A stretch of 64,000 bases of DNA from Clostridia bacterium (GTDB lineage: Bacteria > Bacillota > Clostridia > Oscillospirales > Acutalibacteraceae). Position 1 is the stretch's first letter. Each line of letters opens with the position of its first letter. Positions 15,400 to 23,864 of the stretch are shown in pieces. The position numbers were made by a program, and so were the translations under genes. The notes beneath the pieces are model-generated. The model saw only the letters and a list, made by a program, of their open reading frames with translations. It ran no database searches and had not been told where the DNA came from. The DNA lies in NCBI GenBank assembly GCA_017399175.1, contig JAFQEE010000043.1, forward strand, positions 6,021 to 70,020, in the 5' to 3' direction.

Positions 15400-17124
15400 A
15401 TGAAAAAATTAATGATAGGTAATCAGGCAGTCGCAGAAGGCTTGCACGATGGTGGTTTAGGTGTAGTTTCAAGCTATCCTGGTACACCATCAACTGAAAT
15501 TACAGAATTTTTAAGTAAATTTGATGATATTCACAGCGAATGGGCACCAAATGAAAAGGTTGCTTGTGAAGTTGCATTTGGTTCATCACTTGCAGGTGCG
15601 CGTTCTGCTTGTGCTATGAAGCACGTTGGTCTTAATGTGGCTGCAGACCCGCTTTTCACACTTTCATATACAGGTGTTAATGGCGGTCTTGTAATCTGCG
15701 TTGCTGATGACCCTGCAATGCATTCATCACAGAATGAACAGGATTCTCGTCACTATGCAATGGCAGCAAAAGTGCCAATGCTTGAACCTGCTGACTCAAT
15801 GGAAGCATACATATTTGCAAAAAATGCTTTTGAATTATCAGAAAAATTCGATACTCCTGTTCTTCTTCGTATGTGTACAAGAATTGCACACAGTCAGTCA
15901 ATTGTTGAAACAGGAGAAAAACAGCCTGCAACATTAAAGGATTATGAAAAAAATCCTGCAAAGTACATAATGGCACCTGCTAATGCTATCAAGCGTCATC
16001 CATTTGTTGAGGACAGAACATTAAGCCTTCAGGAATTAGCAGAAAACTGTGAATACAATGCTGTGGAAATGAACTCCGATGAAATCGGTATCATCACATC
16101 AGGCTGTTCATATCAGTATGTAAAAGAGGTAATGGGGGATAGTGCAAGCGTTCTTAAAATCGGTATGTCATATCCGTTACCTGTGAAACTTATTAAAGAC
16201 TTTGCATCAAAGGTTAAAACTCTTTATGTAATTGAAGAGCTTGACCCATTCATTGAAAATCATGTAAAAGCACTTGGTATAGATGTAATCGGTAAAGAGA
16301 AATTCTCAATATTAGGCGAATTTTCTCAAAACACAATCGCAAAAGCATTCGGTAAGGAATTACCTGAAAGTGTATCAGCAGATTCAGCAATTCCAAACAG
16401 ACCACCAATGATGTGTGCAGGTTGTCCGCACAGAGGTTTGTTCTATACTCTTGCAAAGAATAAGATTACTGCTCTTGGTGATATCGGTTGTTATACTCTC
16501 GGTTCTGCACCACCACTCAATGCTCTTGATTCAACTCTTTGTATGGGTGCATCAATTTCAGGTCTTCACGGCTTTAACCTTGCAAGAGGTAAGGACGCTG
16601 AAAGGAAGAGTGTTGCTGTTATCGGTGACTCAACATTTATGCATTCAGGTATGACAGGACTTGTCAATGTGGCATATAATGCTACAAATTCAACCGTAAT
16701 TATCGTTGATAACTCAATTACCGGTATGACAGGACATCAGCAGAACCCTACAACAGGTTATAACATCAAGGGTGACCCTGCTGCAAAGGTTGACCTTGAA
16801 GCGCTTTGTAAGGCTCTTGGTATTAATCGTGTGAGAGTTGTTGACCCATATGACCTTAAAGCTTGCGATACAGCAGTTAAGGAAGAATTAGCAGTAGAAG
16901 AACCATCAGTAATCATTTCTCGCAGACCATGTGTGCTTCTTAAATCAGTTAAACACGAAGCACCTTTGAAGGTTGATACAGATAAATGTAAGTCTTGCAA
17001 GAGATGTATGACACTTGGTTGTCCTGCAATCAGTATGAAAGACGGAAAAGCAAAGGTTGATGCAACATTGTGCGTAGGCTGTGGAGTTTGTAAACAGCTT
17101 TGTGCATTTGATGCTATTGTATAA
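15400..17124 (+). CDS. iorA: Indolepyruvate (arylpyruvate) ferredoxin oxidoreductase, alpha subunit
   Basis: TPP-enzyme N-terminus GNQAVAEG...SYPGTPSTEI. C-terminal 2x[4Fe-4S] motifs CKSCKRC...CP and CVGCGVC...C. Confidence 0.92.
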   Translation: MKKLMIGNQAVAEGLHDGGLGVVSSYPGTPSTEITEFLSKFDDIHSEWAPNEKVACEVAFGSSLAGARSACAMKHVGLNVAADPLFTLSYTGVNGGLVICVADDPAMHSSQNEQDSRHYAMAAKVPMLEPADSMEAYIFAKNAFELSEKFDTPVLLRMCTRIAHSQSIVETGEKQPATLKDYEKNPAKYIMAPANAIKRHPFVEDRTLSLQELAENCEYNAVEMNSDEIGIITSGCSYQYVKEVMGDSASVLKIGMSYPLPVKLIKDFASKVKTLYVIEELDPFIENHVKALGIDVIGKEKFSILGEFSQNTIAKAFGKELPESVSADSAIPNRPPMMCAGCPHRGLFYTLAKNKITALGDIGCYTLGSAPPLNALDSTLCMGASISGLHGFNLARGKDAERKSVAVIGDSTFMHSGMTGLVNVAYNATNSTVIIVDNSITGMTGHQQNPTTGYNIKGDPAAKVDLEALCKALGINRVRVVDPYDLKACDTAVKEELAVEEPSVIISRRPCVLLKSVKHEAPLKVDTDKCKSCKRCMTLGCPAISMKDGKAKVDATLCVGCGVCKQLCAFDAIV

Positions 17125-17139
17125 AGGAGGACGACAAAA

Positions 17140-17712
17140 ATGAAAACTGTTAGTGTTATGATTGTCGGTGTTGGCGGACAGGGTAGTCTTCTTGCATCAA
17201 AATTGTTAGGTCGTCTTCTCGTTGACGAAGGCTACGATGTAAAGGTTAGCGAAGTTCACGGTATGAGTCAGCGTGGTGGCTCAGTTGTAACTTATGTCCG
17301 TTTTGGCGAAAAGGTGTATTCACCAATTATCACAGACGGTGAAGCAGATATTATTATCTCATTTGAAAAGCTTGAAGCAGGCAGATATGCAAGCTATCTT
17401 AAAAAAGACGGTAAAATCGTTGTAAATACTCAACAGATTGACCCAATGCCTGTTATTATCGGTGCTGCTCAGTATCCTGAAAATGTACTTGATGAATTAA
17501 CTCAGAAGGGTGTAAGCGTTGATGCTCTTGATGCACTTTCACTTGCTGAACAGGCAGGTTCATCAAAGGCTGTTAACATCGTTTTGATGGGTAAAGCAGC
17601 AAAATATTTCGATATTCCATATGAAAGTTGGATTACAGCAATCGAAAATACAGTTGCACCTAAGTTTGTAGAAATGAATAAGAAAGCCTTTGAATTAGGC
17701 TACAACTCATAA
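17140..17712 (+). CDS. iorB: Indolepyruvate ferredoxin oxidoreductase, beta subunit
   Basis: GVGGQGSLLASKLL and HGMSQRGGSV motifs. Directly follows iorA. Confidence 0.9.
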   Translation: MKTVSVMIVGVGGQGSLLASKLLGRLLVDEGYDVKVSEVHGMSQRGGSVVTYVRFGEKVYSPIITDGEADIIISFEKLEAGRYASYLKKDGKIVVNTQQIDPMPVIIGAAQYPENVLDELTQKGVSVDALDALSLAEQAGSSKAVNIVLMGKAAKYFDIPYESWITAIENTVAPKFVEMNKKAFELGYNS

Positions 17713-17732
17713 ATTTATTTTAGAAAAACTAC

Positions 17733-17761
17733 TTGACTTTGAGAATTTAGTGTGCTAAAAT
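17733..17761 (+). promoter_or_regulatory. Sigma-A promoter (TTGACT-17-TGcTAAAAT) driving the T-box leader
   Basis: -35 at 17733-17738. Extended -10 at 17753-17761. Confidence 0.6.
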
Positions 17762-17774
17762 CTTAAAGTAATAA

Positions 17775-18047
17775 AGACGCTTGAGCGGAAACCAGTACCC
17801 GAAAATATCATTTTCAGAGAACTGCGGTTGGTGTGATGCAGTAATGTAAAGTCGGTGAATTCATTCCGTAAGTCGTTGGCTGAAGGTCTGTTGATTGTGT
17901 AGGTCAAACGGGTTCGACCGTTATATCGACAAGGGTGTGTTTGCACTCGGAGGCCGTTATCGTGAGGTAATGGTAAATAGAGGTGGTACCACGGGATTTT
18001 TCTCGTCCTCTGTGTTCCGAATTGGAATGCAGAGGACTTTTTGTTTT
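17775..18047 (+). promoter_or_regulatory. T-box riboswitch leader (apparent Phe/UUC specifier) with terminator
   Basis: Stem I elements AGTA...AGAGA...GGTTGGTG. Specifier-loop GAA-TTC-A at 17857-17863. T-box sequence AAATAGAGGTGGTACCACGG at 17975-17994. Terminator GTCCTCTG...CAGAGGAC plus TTTTTGTTTT at 18005-18047. Confidence 0.85.
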
Positions 18048-18099
18048 ACTTCTGCACTCCTTAAAACCCATAGCATATTGCAGAAAGGACGAATGTAAA

Positions 18100-19410
18100 A
18101 TGGAAAAACGTTATTATCAAAAAGAAATCGAAACCATGCCTGTTGAAGAAATTAAAAAACTTCAGTCAGAAAAATTGGTGAAACAGGTAAAGCATGTTTA
18201 TGAAAATGTGCCTTACTACAAGAATTTAATGGATGAAAAGGGTGTAACACCTGACGATATCAAAGGTATTGAGGATTTGCACAAACTCCCATTCCTTACA
18301 AAAGCAGATTTAAGAGATGCTTACCCTTACGGATTACTCGCAAAACCACTTAATGAGTGCGTTCGTATTCACTCAACATCAGGTACAACAGGCAGACGAG
18401 TTGTTGCTTTCTATACACAGCATGATGTTGACTTGTGGGAAGACTGCTGTGCTCGTGCAATCGTAGCGGCAGGTGGCTCAAATGAGGATGTTTTACAGGT
18501 GGCATACGGATACGGACTTTTCACAGGCGGTGCAGGTCTTCACGGTGGCGGTCATAAGGTAGGCTGTCTTACACTTCCTATGTCATCAGGTAACACAGAC
18601 CGTCAGATTCAGTTTATGATGGACTTAAATTCTACAATTCTCTGTTGTACACCATCTTATGCTGCATATATGGGTGAATCGTTGAAAGAACAGGGTTATA
18701 CACCTGACCAGATTCCTCTTAAAGCAGGTATTTTCGGTGCAGAGGCTTGGACAAACGAAATGCGTCATCAGATTGAAGAAACACTTGGAATCAAGGCTTA
18801 TGACATTTACGGACTTACAGAAACATCAGGTCCCGGTGTATCTTTTGAATGTGAAGAACAGACAGGTATGCACATTAACGAAGACCATTTCCTTGCTGAG
18901 ATTATCGACCCTGATACAGGTGAAGTTTTACCTGAAGGCAGTAAGGGTGAACTTGTATTCACAGCACTTGATAAAGAAGCATTCCCACTTCTTCGTTACC
19001 GTACAAGAGATATTTGTGTCCTCACTCGCGAAAAGTGTTCTTGTGGAAGAACATTCATTAAAATGGCAAAACCAATGGGCAGAAGTGACGATATGCTTAT
19101 TATCCGCGGTGTTAATGTATTCCCAAGCCAGATTGAAACAGTTCTTCTCAACGAAGGCTATCAGCCGAACTATCAAATTATCATTGACAGAGTTAAGAAT
19201 AATGATACATTTGATGTGCTTGTTGAAATGAATCCTGAAAAGTTCTCCGATACTGTCAGCGGTATCACAGCACAGGAAAAATCACTTGCAAATGCTATGA
19301 AAATTATGCTTGGTATCAATCCTGCAGTACACCTTGTTGCACCAAAGAGTATTGCTCGTAGCGAAGGTAAAGCAGTTCGTGTTGTTGATAAGCGTAAACT
19401 TTATGATTAA
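18100..19410 (+). CDS. paaK: Phenylacetate-CoA ligase family protein
   Basis: IHSTSGTTGRRVV adenylation motif and PaaK-type length and termini. Start moved to ATG 18100, downstream of the T-box terminator. Confidence 0.9.
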   Translation: MEKRYYQKEIETMPVEEIKKLQSEKLVKQVKHVYENVPYYKNLMDEKGVTPDDIKGIEDLHKLPFLTKADLRDAYPYGLLAKPLNECVRIHSTSGTTGRRVVAFYTQHDVDLWEDCCARAIVAAGGSNEDVLQVAYGYGLFTGGAGLHGGGHKVGCLTLPMSSGNTDRQIQFMMDLNSTILCCTPSYAAYMGESLKEQGYTPDQIPLKAGIFGAEAWTNEMRHQIEETLGIKAYDIYGLTETSGPGVSFECEEQTGMHINEDHFLAEIIDPDTGEVLPEGSKGELVFTALDKEAFPLLRYRTRDICVLTREKCSCGRTFIKMAKPMGRSDDMLIIRGVNVFPSQIETVLLNEGYQPNYQIIIDRVKNNDTFDVLVEMNPEKFSDTVSGITAQEKSLANAMKIMLGINPAVHLVAPKSIARSEGKAVRVVDKRKLYD

Positions 19411-19428
19411 TAGAAAGGGGACTTAATT

Positions 19429-19860
19429 ATGTCATTAAAACAGTTAACTATCTTTGTTGAAAATAAGCAGGGAACACTCGTAGATATCACAGATATCCTT
19501 GCAAAAAACAATGTTAATATGAGAGCACTTTCAATCGCAGATACTGAAGATTTCGGTATTCTTCGTCTTATCGTTGATAACAATGATGTTGCAACAAAGG
19601 CATTACATGATGCAGGATATCTTATCAAAATGACTGATGTTGTTGGTGTTAAAATCGGTGACCAGCCGGGCAAACTTTCAAAGGCACTTGAAGTCCTTGA
19701 CGAAGCAAAAATCAATATGGAATATCTTTACGCATTTATGGCTCGTACAGAAAAACACGCATATGTTGTTCTTCGTGTTGCTGATAATGACGCAGCAGAA
19801 AAAGCCCTCGAAAACGCAGGCTTCCATATGATTACCGACGCCGATGTTGATAAGTTATAA
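19429..19860 (+). CDS. ACT domain-containing protein (usual PaaK partner)
   Basis: Two ACT-like halves (LTIFVENKQGTLVDITDILAKNNVNM; VGVKIGDQPGKLSKALEVL). Confidence 0.85.
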   Translation: MSLKQLTIFVENKQGTLVDITDILAKNNVNMRALSIADTEDFGILRLIVDNNDVATKALHDAGYLIKMTDVVGVKIGDQPGKLSKALEVLDEAKINMEYLYAFMARTEKHAYVVLRVADNDAAEKALENAGFHMITDADVDKL

Positions 19861-19880
19861 TTTGTCGGGATGAATAATAA

Positions 19881-20058
19881 GTGCAAAGTGCAAAGCGCAG
19901 AGTGCAAAATGTCGGAACTGCGTTGCGATTGTAACGCCTCCCTCTGACGAGGGAGGTGGCAAAATCTTTGATTTTGACGGAGGGAGAGATAGTTTTACTG
20001 TTCACTAAATCTCTCCCTCAGTCTGCTTCGCAGACAGCTCCCTCGTCAGAGGGAGCCG
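19881..20058. repeat. Composite intergenic repeat: GTGCAAA-type heptad array followed by four GC-rich GGGAG-type hairpins
   Basis: GTGCAAAGTGCAAAGCGCAGAGTGCAAAATGT, then hairpins CCTCCCTC/GAGGGAGG, GAGGGAGAGAT/ATCTCTCCCTC, GTCTGC/GCAGAC and GCTCCCTC/GAGGGAGC. Related copies lie elsewhere in the window. Confidence 0.85.
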
Positions 20059-20114
20059 TAAACGCATAATCAGTTTATTTCGCCAAACTCCAATTTATAA
20101 TTTCATATGCATAT

Positions 20115-20146
20115 AAAAAAGAGAGTCATCATCGACTCTCTTTATC
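20115..20146. terminator. Bidirectional terminator (GAGAGTC / GACTCTC, A-run and T-run flanks)
   Basis: Stem at 20121-20127/20134-20140, flanked by AAAAAA and TTTAT. It lies between the paaK-ACT unit and the convergent HAD gene. Confidence 0.7.
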
Positions 20147-20150
20147 TTTT

Positions 20151-20930
20151 TTATTCTCTTGTAAGTATTTCCCCGACATTCTCAAAAATGTATTTTGGTC
20201 TGTATGGGAAAAGGTCAATAGTTTCCATTGATGTAACACCTGAAAGCACAAGAACCGTATCAACGTTTGACTCAATACCAGCAATAATATCAGTGTCCAT
20301 TCTGTCACCGATAAATGCGATTTCCTCACTGTGACAACCTAATTTTCGAAGTCCGTGACGAAGCATCAACGGGTTAGGTTTGCCGACGAAATATGCCTTT
20401 TTGCCTGTTGCAATTTCAATAGGAGCAATAAGTGAGCCTGTTGCAGGCATAATTCCTCTTTCAGTAGGTCCTGTAATGTCAGGGTTAGTACCGATAAGCT
20501 TTGCACCCTTGAGAACAAGTTCAATAGCCTTTTCAATTTTCTCAAAGTTATATGTTCTTGTTTCACCGACAACCACATAGTCAGGGTTAACATCATTCAT
20601 ATAAATTCCCTGGTCATAAAGAGCTTTTGTGAGTCCTGCTTCACCGATAACATAAGCAGTACAACCCGGTTTCTGTGAACTCAAAAATGCCGCAGTTGCC
20701 ATAGCGCTTGTATAGAAATGGTCAGCAGAAACTTTAAGTCCCATTCTTTCTAATTTCATACTTAACTCGTGCGGAGTTTTTTCAGGGCTGTTTGTTAAAA
20801 ATACAAATTTTTTATCATTGTCTATCATCCAATTTACAAAATCAGCAACACCGGGTAAAATTTTGTTACCGTGATAGATAACACCGTCCATATCGCTGAT
20901 AAAACCTTTTTTATTTAAAATATCATTCAT
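20151..20930 (-). CDS. HAD-IIA family hydrolase (NagD-like sugar/nucleotide phosphatase)
   Basis: ISDMDGVIYHG motif I, LTNS motif II, GDRMDTDI motif IV. ATG 20930 lies behind GGAGGTG. Confidence 0.88.
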   Translation of the reverse strand: MNDILNKKGFISDMDGVIYHGNKILPGVADFVNWMIDNDKKFVFLTNSPEKTPHELSMKLERMGLKVSADHFYTSAMATAAFLSSQKPGCTAYVIGEAGLTKALYDQGIYMNDVNPDYVVVGETRTYNFEKIEKAIELVLKGAKLIGTNPDITGPTERGIMPATGSLIAPIEIATGKKAYFVGKPNPLMLRHGLRKLGCHSEEIAFIGDRMDTDIIAGIESNVDTVLVLSGVTSMETIDLFPYRPKYIFENVGEILTRE

Positions 20931-21103
20931 GTTTGACACCTCCGTCAAAATAAATTCTAAAGGAAAAAAATGTAAAAGTCAACTTTTATCTATGACGAAA
21001 TAACGGCTTTTTATTTTGATTTTTTGTATCATATTTACATATTGATTTTTTCACTTTACTGTGCTAAAATATCTCTATTATTCAAATTTGAGGAATGACA
21101 TAT

Positions 21104-21718
21104 ATGATTGCAATAATTGACTATGGTGCAGGTAATTTGCAGAGTGTGAAAAAAGCACTTGACTTTATCGGTGCCGAAAGTGTGATAACAGACAATCCCG
21201 AAACAATCAACGCTTGTGATAAAATACTTCTTCCCGGTGTTGGTTCATTCGGTGATGCTATGGACTCAATGACTAAAAAAGGTCTTGTTGATACAGTAAA
21301 AGAAAATGCTAATAGCGGTAAACCGTTTTTAGGTATATGCTTGGGACTTCAGCTTCTCTTTGAAGAATCCGAAGAATCACCGGGAGTAAAAGGACTTGGC
21401 ATTTTCAAGGGTAAAATCAAGAAATTCTCACCGGATATGGGACTTAAAATTCCTCATATCGGTTGGAATTCATTGGAAATCAAGCAGAAAGATACTCTCT
21501 TTAAAGATATTCCCGAAAACAGTTATGTTTATTTCGTTCATTCATATTATCTTCACGCAGAGGACGAAAATGAAATCGCAACCGTGACAAATTACGGAAT
21601 TGATTTCCATTCTGCTGTTGGTAAGGACAATATTTTCGCAACCCAGTTTCACCCTGAAAAATCAGGTGATGTAGGCTTGCAGATTTTAAGAAATTTCGCA
21701 TCAATGGAGGTTAAATAA
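21104..21718 (+). CDS. hisH: Imidazole glycerol phosphate synthase, glutaminase subunit
   Basis: [21 protein letters not shown] (catalytic Cys) and FHPEKS motifs. Confidence 0.93.
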   Translation: MIAIIDYGAGNLQSVKKALDFIGAESVITDNPETINACDKILLPGVGSFGDAMDSMTKKGLVDTVKENANSGKPFLGICLGLQLLFEESEESPGVKGLGIFKGKIKKFSPDMGLKIPHIGWNSLEIKQKDTLFKDIPENSYVYFVHSYYLHAEDENEIATVTNYGIDFHSAVGKDNIFATQFHPEKSGDVGLQILRNFASMEVK

Positions 21719-22473
21719 TGTACGCTAAAAGAATTATACCTTGTCTTGATGTGAAAAACGGACGAGTAGTAAAGGGTGTCAGCTTTGTCAATATCCGTGA
21801 TGCAGGTGACCCTGTGGAATGTGCTATTGAATACAATAAAAAAGGTGCTGACGAGTTAGTTCTCCTCGATATTACTGCAACTCACGAGGGCAGGGGCACA
21901 ATGCTCGAAATTGTCCGTCAGGTTGCCGATAATATTTTTATACCGTTCACAGTAGGTGGCGGAATAAGAACAGTTGAAGATTTTAAGGAATTGCTCCGTG
22001 CAGGTGCTGATAAAATTTCAGTAAACTCTGCTGCCGTGCGAAATCCTGACCTTATAAGTGAGGCTGCATACAAATTCGGTAGCCAATGTGTCGTTTGTGC
22101 CATTGATGCAAAACGAAATGATAAAGGTTGGGAAGTTTACCTTAACGGCGGACGTATCCCAACAGGTATTGATGCTGTTAAATGGGCAGAAGAAGCAGTA
22201 AAAAGGGGAGCAGGAGAAATTCTCCTTACAAGTATGGATTGCGACGGTCAAAAAACAGGCTATGACAATGCCCTTAATCGTGCAGTTTCAGAATGTGTCG
22301 GTGTGCCTGTAATCGCATCAGGCGGTGCAGGTGCAAAATCCCATTTCCTTGATGCATTCAATGAAGGCAAAGCAGACGCAGTGCTCGCCGCATCCCTTTT
22401 CCACTTCAACGAAATCCCAATTATGGACTTAAAACACTATCTCCGCGACAACGGAATATCAGTAAGATTATAA
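21718..22473 (+). CDS. hisF: Imidazole glycerol phosphate synthase, cyclase subunit
   Basis: [18 protein letters not shown]-terminus and TVGGGIR, SGGAG motifs. Confidence 0.95.
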   Translation: MYAKRIIPCLDVKNGRVVKGVSFVNIRDAGDPVECAIEYNKKGADELVLLDITATHEGRGTMLEIVRQVADNIFIPFTVGGGIRTVEDFKELLRAGADKISVNSAAVRNPDLISEAAYKFGSQCVVCAIDAKRNDKGWEVYLNGGRIPTGIDAVKWAEEAVKRGAGEILLTSMDCDGQKTGYDNALNRAVSECVGVPVIASGGAGAKSHFLDAFNEGKADAVLAASLFHFNEIPIMDLKHYLRDNGISVRL

Positions 22474-22474
22474 A

Positions 22475-22575
22475 GTGCAAAATGCAAAGCGCAAAGTGCA
22501 AAATGTAGGGGCTGTTGACTCGGCAGCCCGAATCAACAAACAATAAAAGTAGGGGACGATGCCCACATCGTCCCG
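22475..22575. repeat. Intergenic repeat: heptad array (30/32 identical to 19881-19912) plus two GTAGGGG hairpins
   Basis: GTGCAAAATGCAAAGCGCAAAGTGCAAAATGT at 22475-22506. GTAGGGGCTG...CAGCCCG follows. GTAGGGGACGATGCCCACATCGTCCCG is at 22549-22575. Confidence 0.85.
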
Positions 22576-22601
22576 TAAGTTTTTCACATATACACATATA
22601 A

Positions 22602-23159
22602 TTGATAAGAGGTGTTCGTTTGATGATTTTCAAGAATTTAAAAAATTGTGCTAATAAAAAAGAGCAGAAAACATCTATGGATAGAGATATGTTTGATAAA
22701 ACGCTAAATAAACTTTTATCTAATGCTGAATCAATGATTCCCGACGAAAATTTACCTGACCTTCCGTTTATGGAAACTGCACCTGATGTGCATGATTGGT
22801 ATGGTTTTGAACATGAATTATGGGAAAAAGGTGAAGAAATTCGTCAACATATACTTTATGGAAAGAAAAGACCTAATACAGAACAAGTTGAACGAATTGT
22901 TGCAATTTGTATGGATAAAAGAGCAAAAAGAGGTCGCGAGAGTTTTGTCATGCTCTTGGGCAAAAAGTGTTATGTTAATTATGCGGAAAAGATTGCAACT
23001 CTTTTAAATGATTCTGATGTTGACGGTCATGTAATTGATACACTTTATAAAATGGGTGCAGATGGATATGACATACAAATAAAACCATTTATCAATCATA
23101 ATCGTGCATGGATTAGAAATAAAGCAACAAAATATATAGAAAAATACAGTAATTCATAA
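22602..23159 (+). CDS. Hypothetical protein (start uncertain: 22602, 22623 or 22677)
   Basis: 185-aa ORF with a coding-like composition. No motif recognised. Confidence 0.55.
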   Translation: MIRGVRLMIFKNLKNCANKKEQKTSMDRDMFDKTLNKLLSNAESMIPDENLPDLPFMETAPDVHDWYGFEHELWEKGEEIRQHILYGKKRPNTEQVERIVAICMDKRAKRGRESFVMLLGKKCYVNYAEKIATLLNDSDVDGHVIDTLYKMGADGYDIQIKPFINHNRAWIRNKATKYIEKYSNS

Positions 23160-23170
23160 TAAACAACAAC

Positions 23171-23198
23171 GGCGAGGGTGACCTCGCCGTTAATTTTG
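23171..23198. terminator. Bidirectional terminator GGCGAGG-GTGA-CCTCGCC
   Basis: 7-bp GC-rich stem between convergent genes, followed by GTTAATTTT. Confidence 0.6.
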
Positions 23199-23216
23199 CG
23201 TTTTGCATTTTACACT
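23194..23216. repeat. Inverted partial copy of the GTGCAAA-type heptad array
   Basis: The reverse complement AGTGTAAAATGCAAAACGCAAAA matches AGTGCAAAATGCAAAGCGCAAAG at 22474-22496, with mismatches at 3 of the 23 aligned positions. Confidence 0.65.
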
Positions 23217-23767
23217 TATTCAACTACCACGCAAACATCATCAAGTGTTTTTCTCACTTTATTTCTCGGTGCTTCATCTGCTGAATATCCCGTCGCAATA
23301 ACAAGTCTTATTTTGTCTTCAATACCGAAATATTCACGGACTTTGTCTTCCTCAACCATACCAATAATGCAAGTGCCAAGTCCTAAATCAGCAGCCTGTA
23401 AGCAATAGTGAGCAACTGAAAGACCGATGTCATTTTCAGCCCATTTCTGGCTGTTTCTAACCTTTTCAATAACAAAAGATTTAAGAGTTGCAGTCTGTTC
23501 AGTAACGATTGCGAATGCAGGACAATTCTGTACAAATTTATTCGCACCGTTTGGCTGGATGCAATCTCTAATTTTCTCTGCACTTTCTCCACCGTTTATA
23601 ATATAGTATTTCCAAGGCTGTGAATTACAAGCAGACGGTGAAAGTCTTGCTGCATCAACACACTTAAGGAGCAAATCTGTACTTACAGGCTCACCGTTAT
23701 AATTTCTGCAACTTTCTCTTTTTAAAATCAATTCATCAAATTTCATAAGTATTTCTCCTAAATTCAA
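23216..23767 (-). CDS. Nitroreductase family protein
   Basis: RESCRNY...AARLSPSACNSQPW signature. 183 aa. Confidence 0.88.
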   Translation of the reverse strand: MNLGEILMKFDELILKRESCRNYNGEPVSTDLLLKCVDAARLSPSACNSQPWKYYIINGGESAEKIRDCIQPNGANKFVQNCPAFAIVTEQTATLKSFVIEKVRNSQKWAENDIGLSVAHYCLQAADLGLGTCIIGMVEEDKVREYFGIEDKIRLVIATGYSADEAPRNKVRKTLDDVCVVVE

Positions 23768-23864
23768 GTTAAAAATATTATATACTAATATTTGTGCTTA
23801 TTCAATAATAATTTGATATAGACTTTTAATTAAATATTTGTTAAAATATAAACAGGTGATATTT

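Noticed and set aside
17983-18099. N-terminal extension of the paaK ORF (MVPRDFSRPL...)
   Set aside because: It covers the T-box sequence and its terminator. The real start is ATG 18100.
18737-19231. 164-aa alternative-frame ORF within paaK
   Set aside because: It overlaps a confidently identified gene in another frame.
19407-19715. 102-aa minus-strand ORF
   Set aside because: It is antisense to the ACT-domain gene.
22421-22633. 70-aa minus-strand ORF (…TGRCGHRPLLLLF…)
   Set aside because: It is a translation artefact of the GC-rich intergenic hairpin repeats.
19881-23216. GTGCAAA heptad arrays considered as a CRISPR-like array
   Set aside because: The units are 7 nt with no spacers, and the arrays are only 23-32 nt long. 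This is not a CRISPR.
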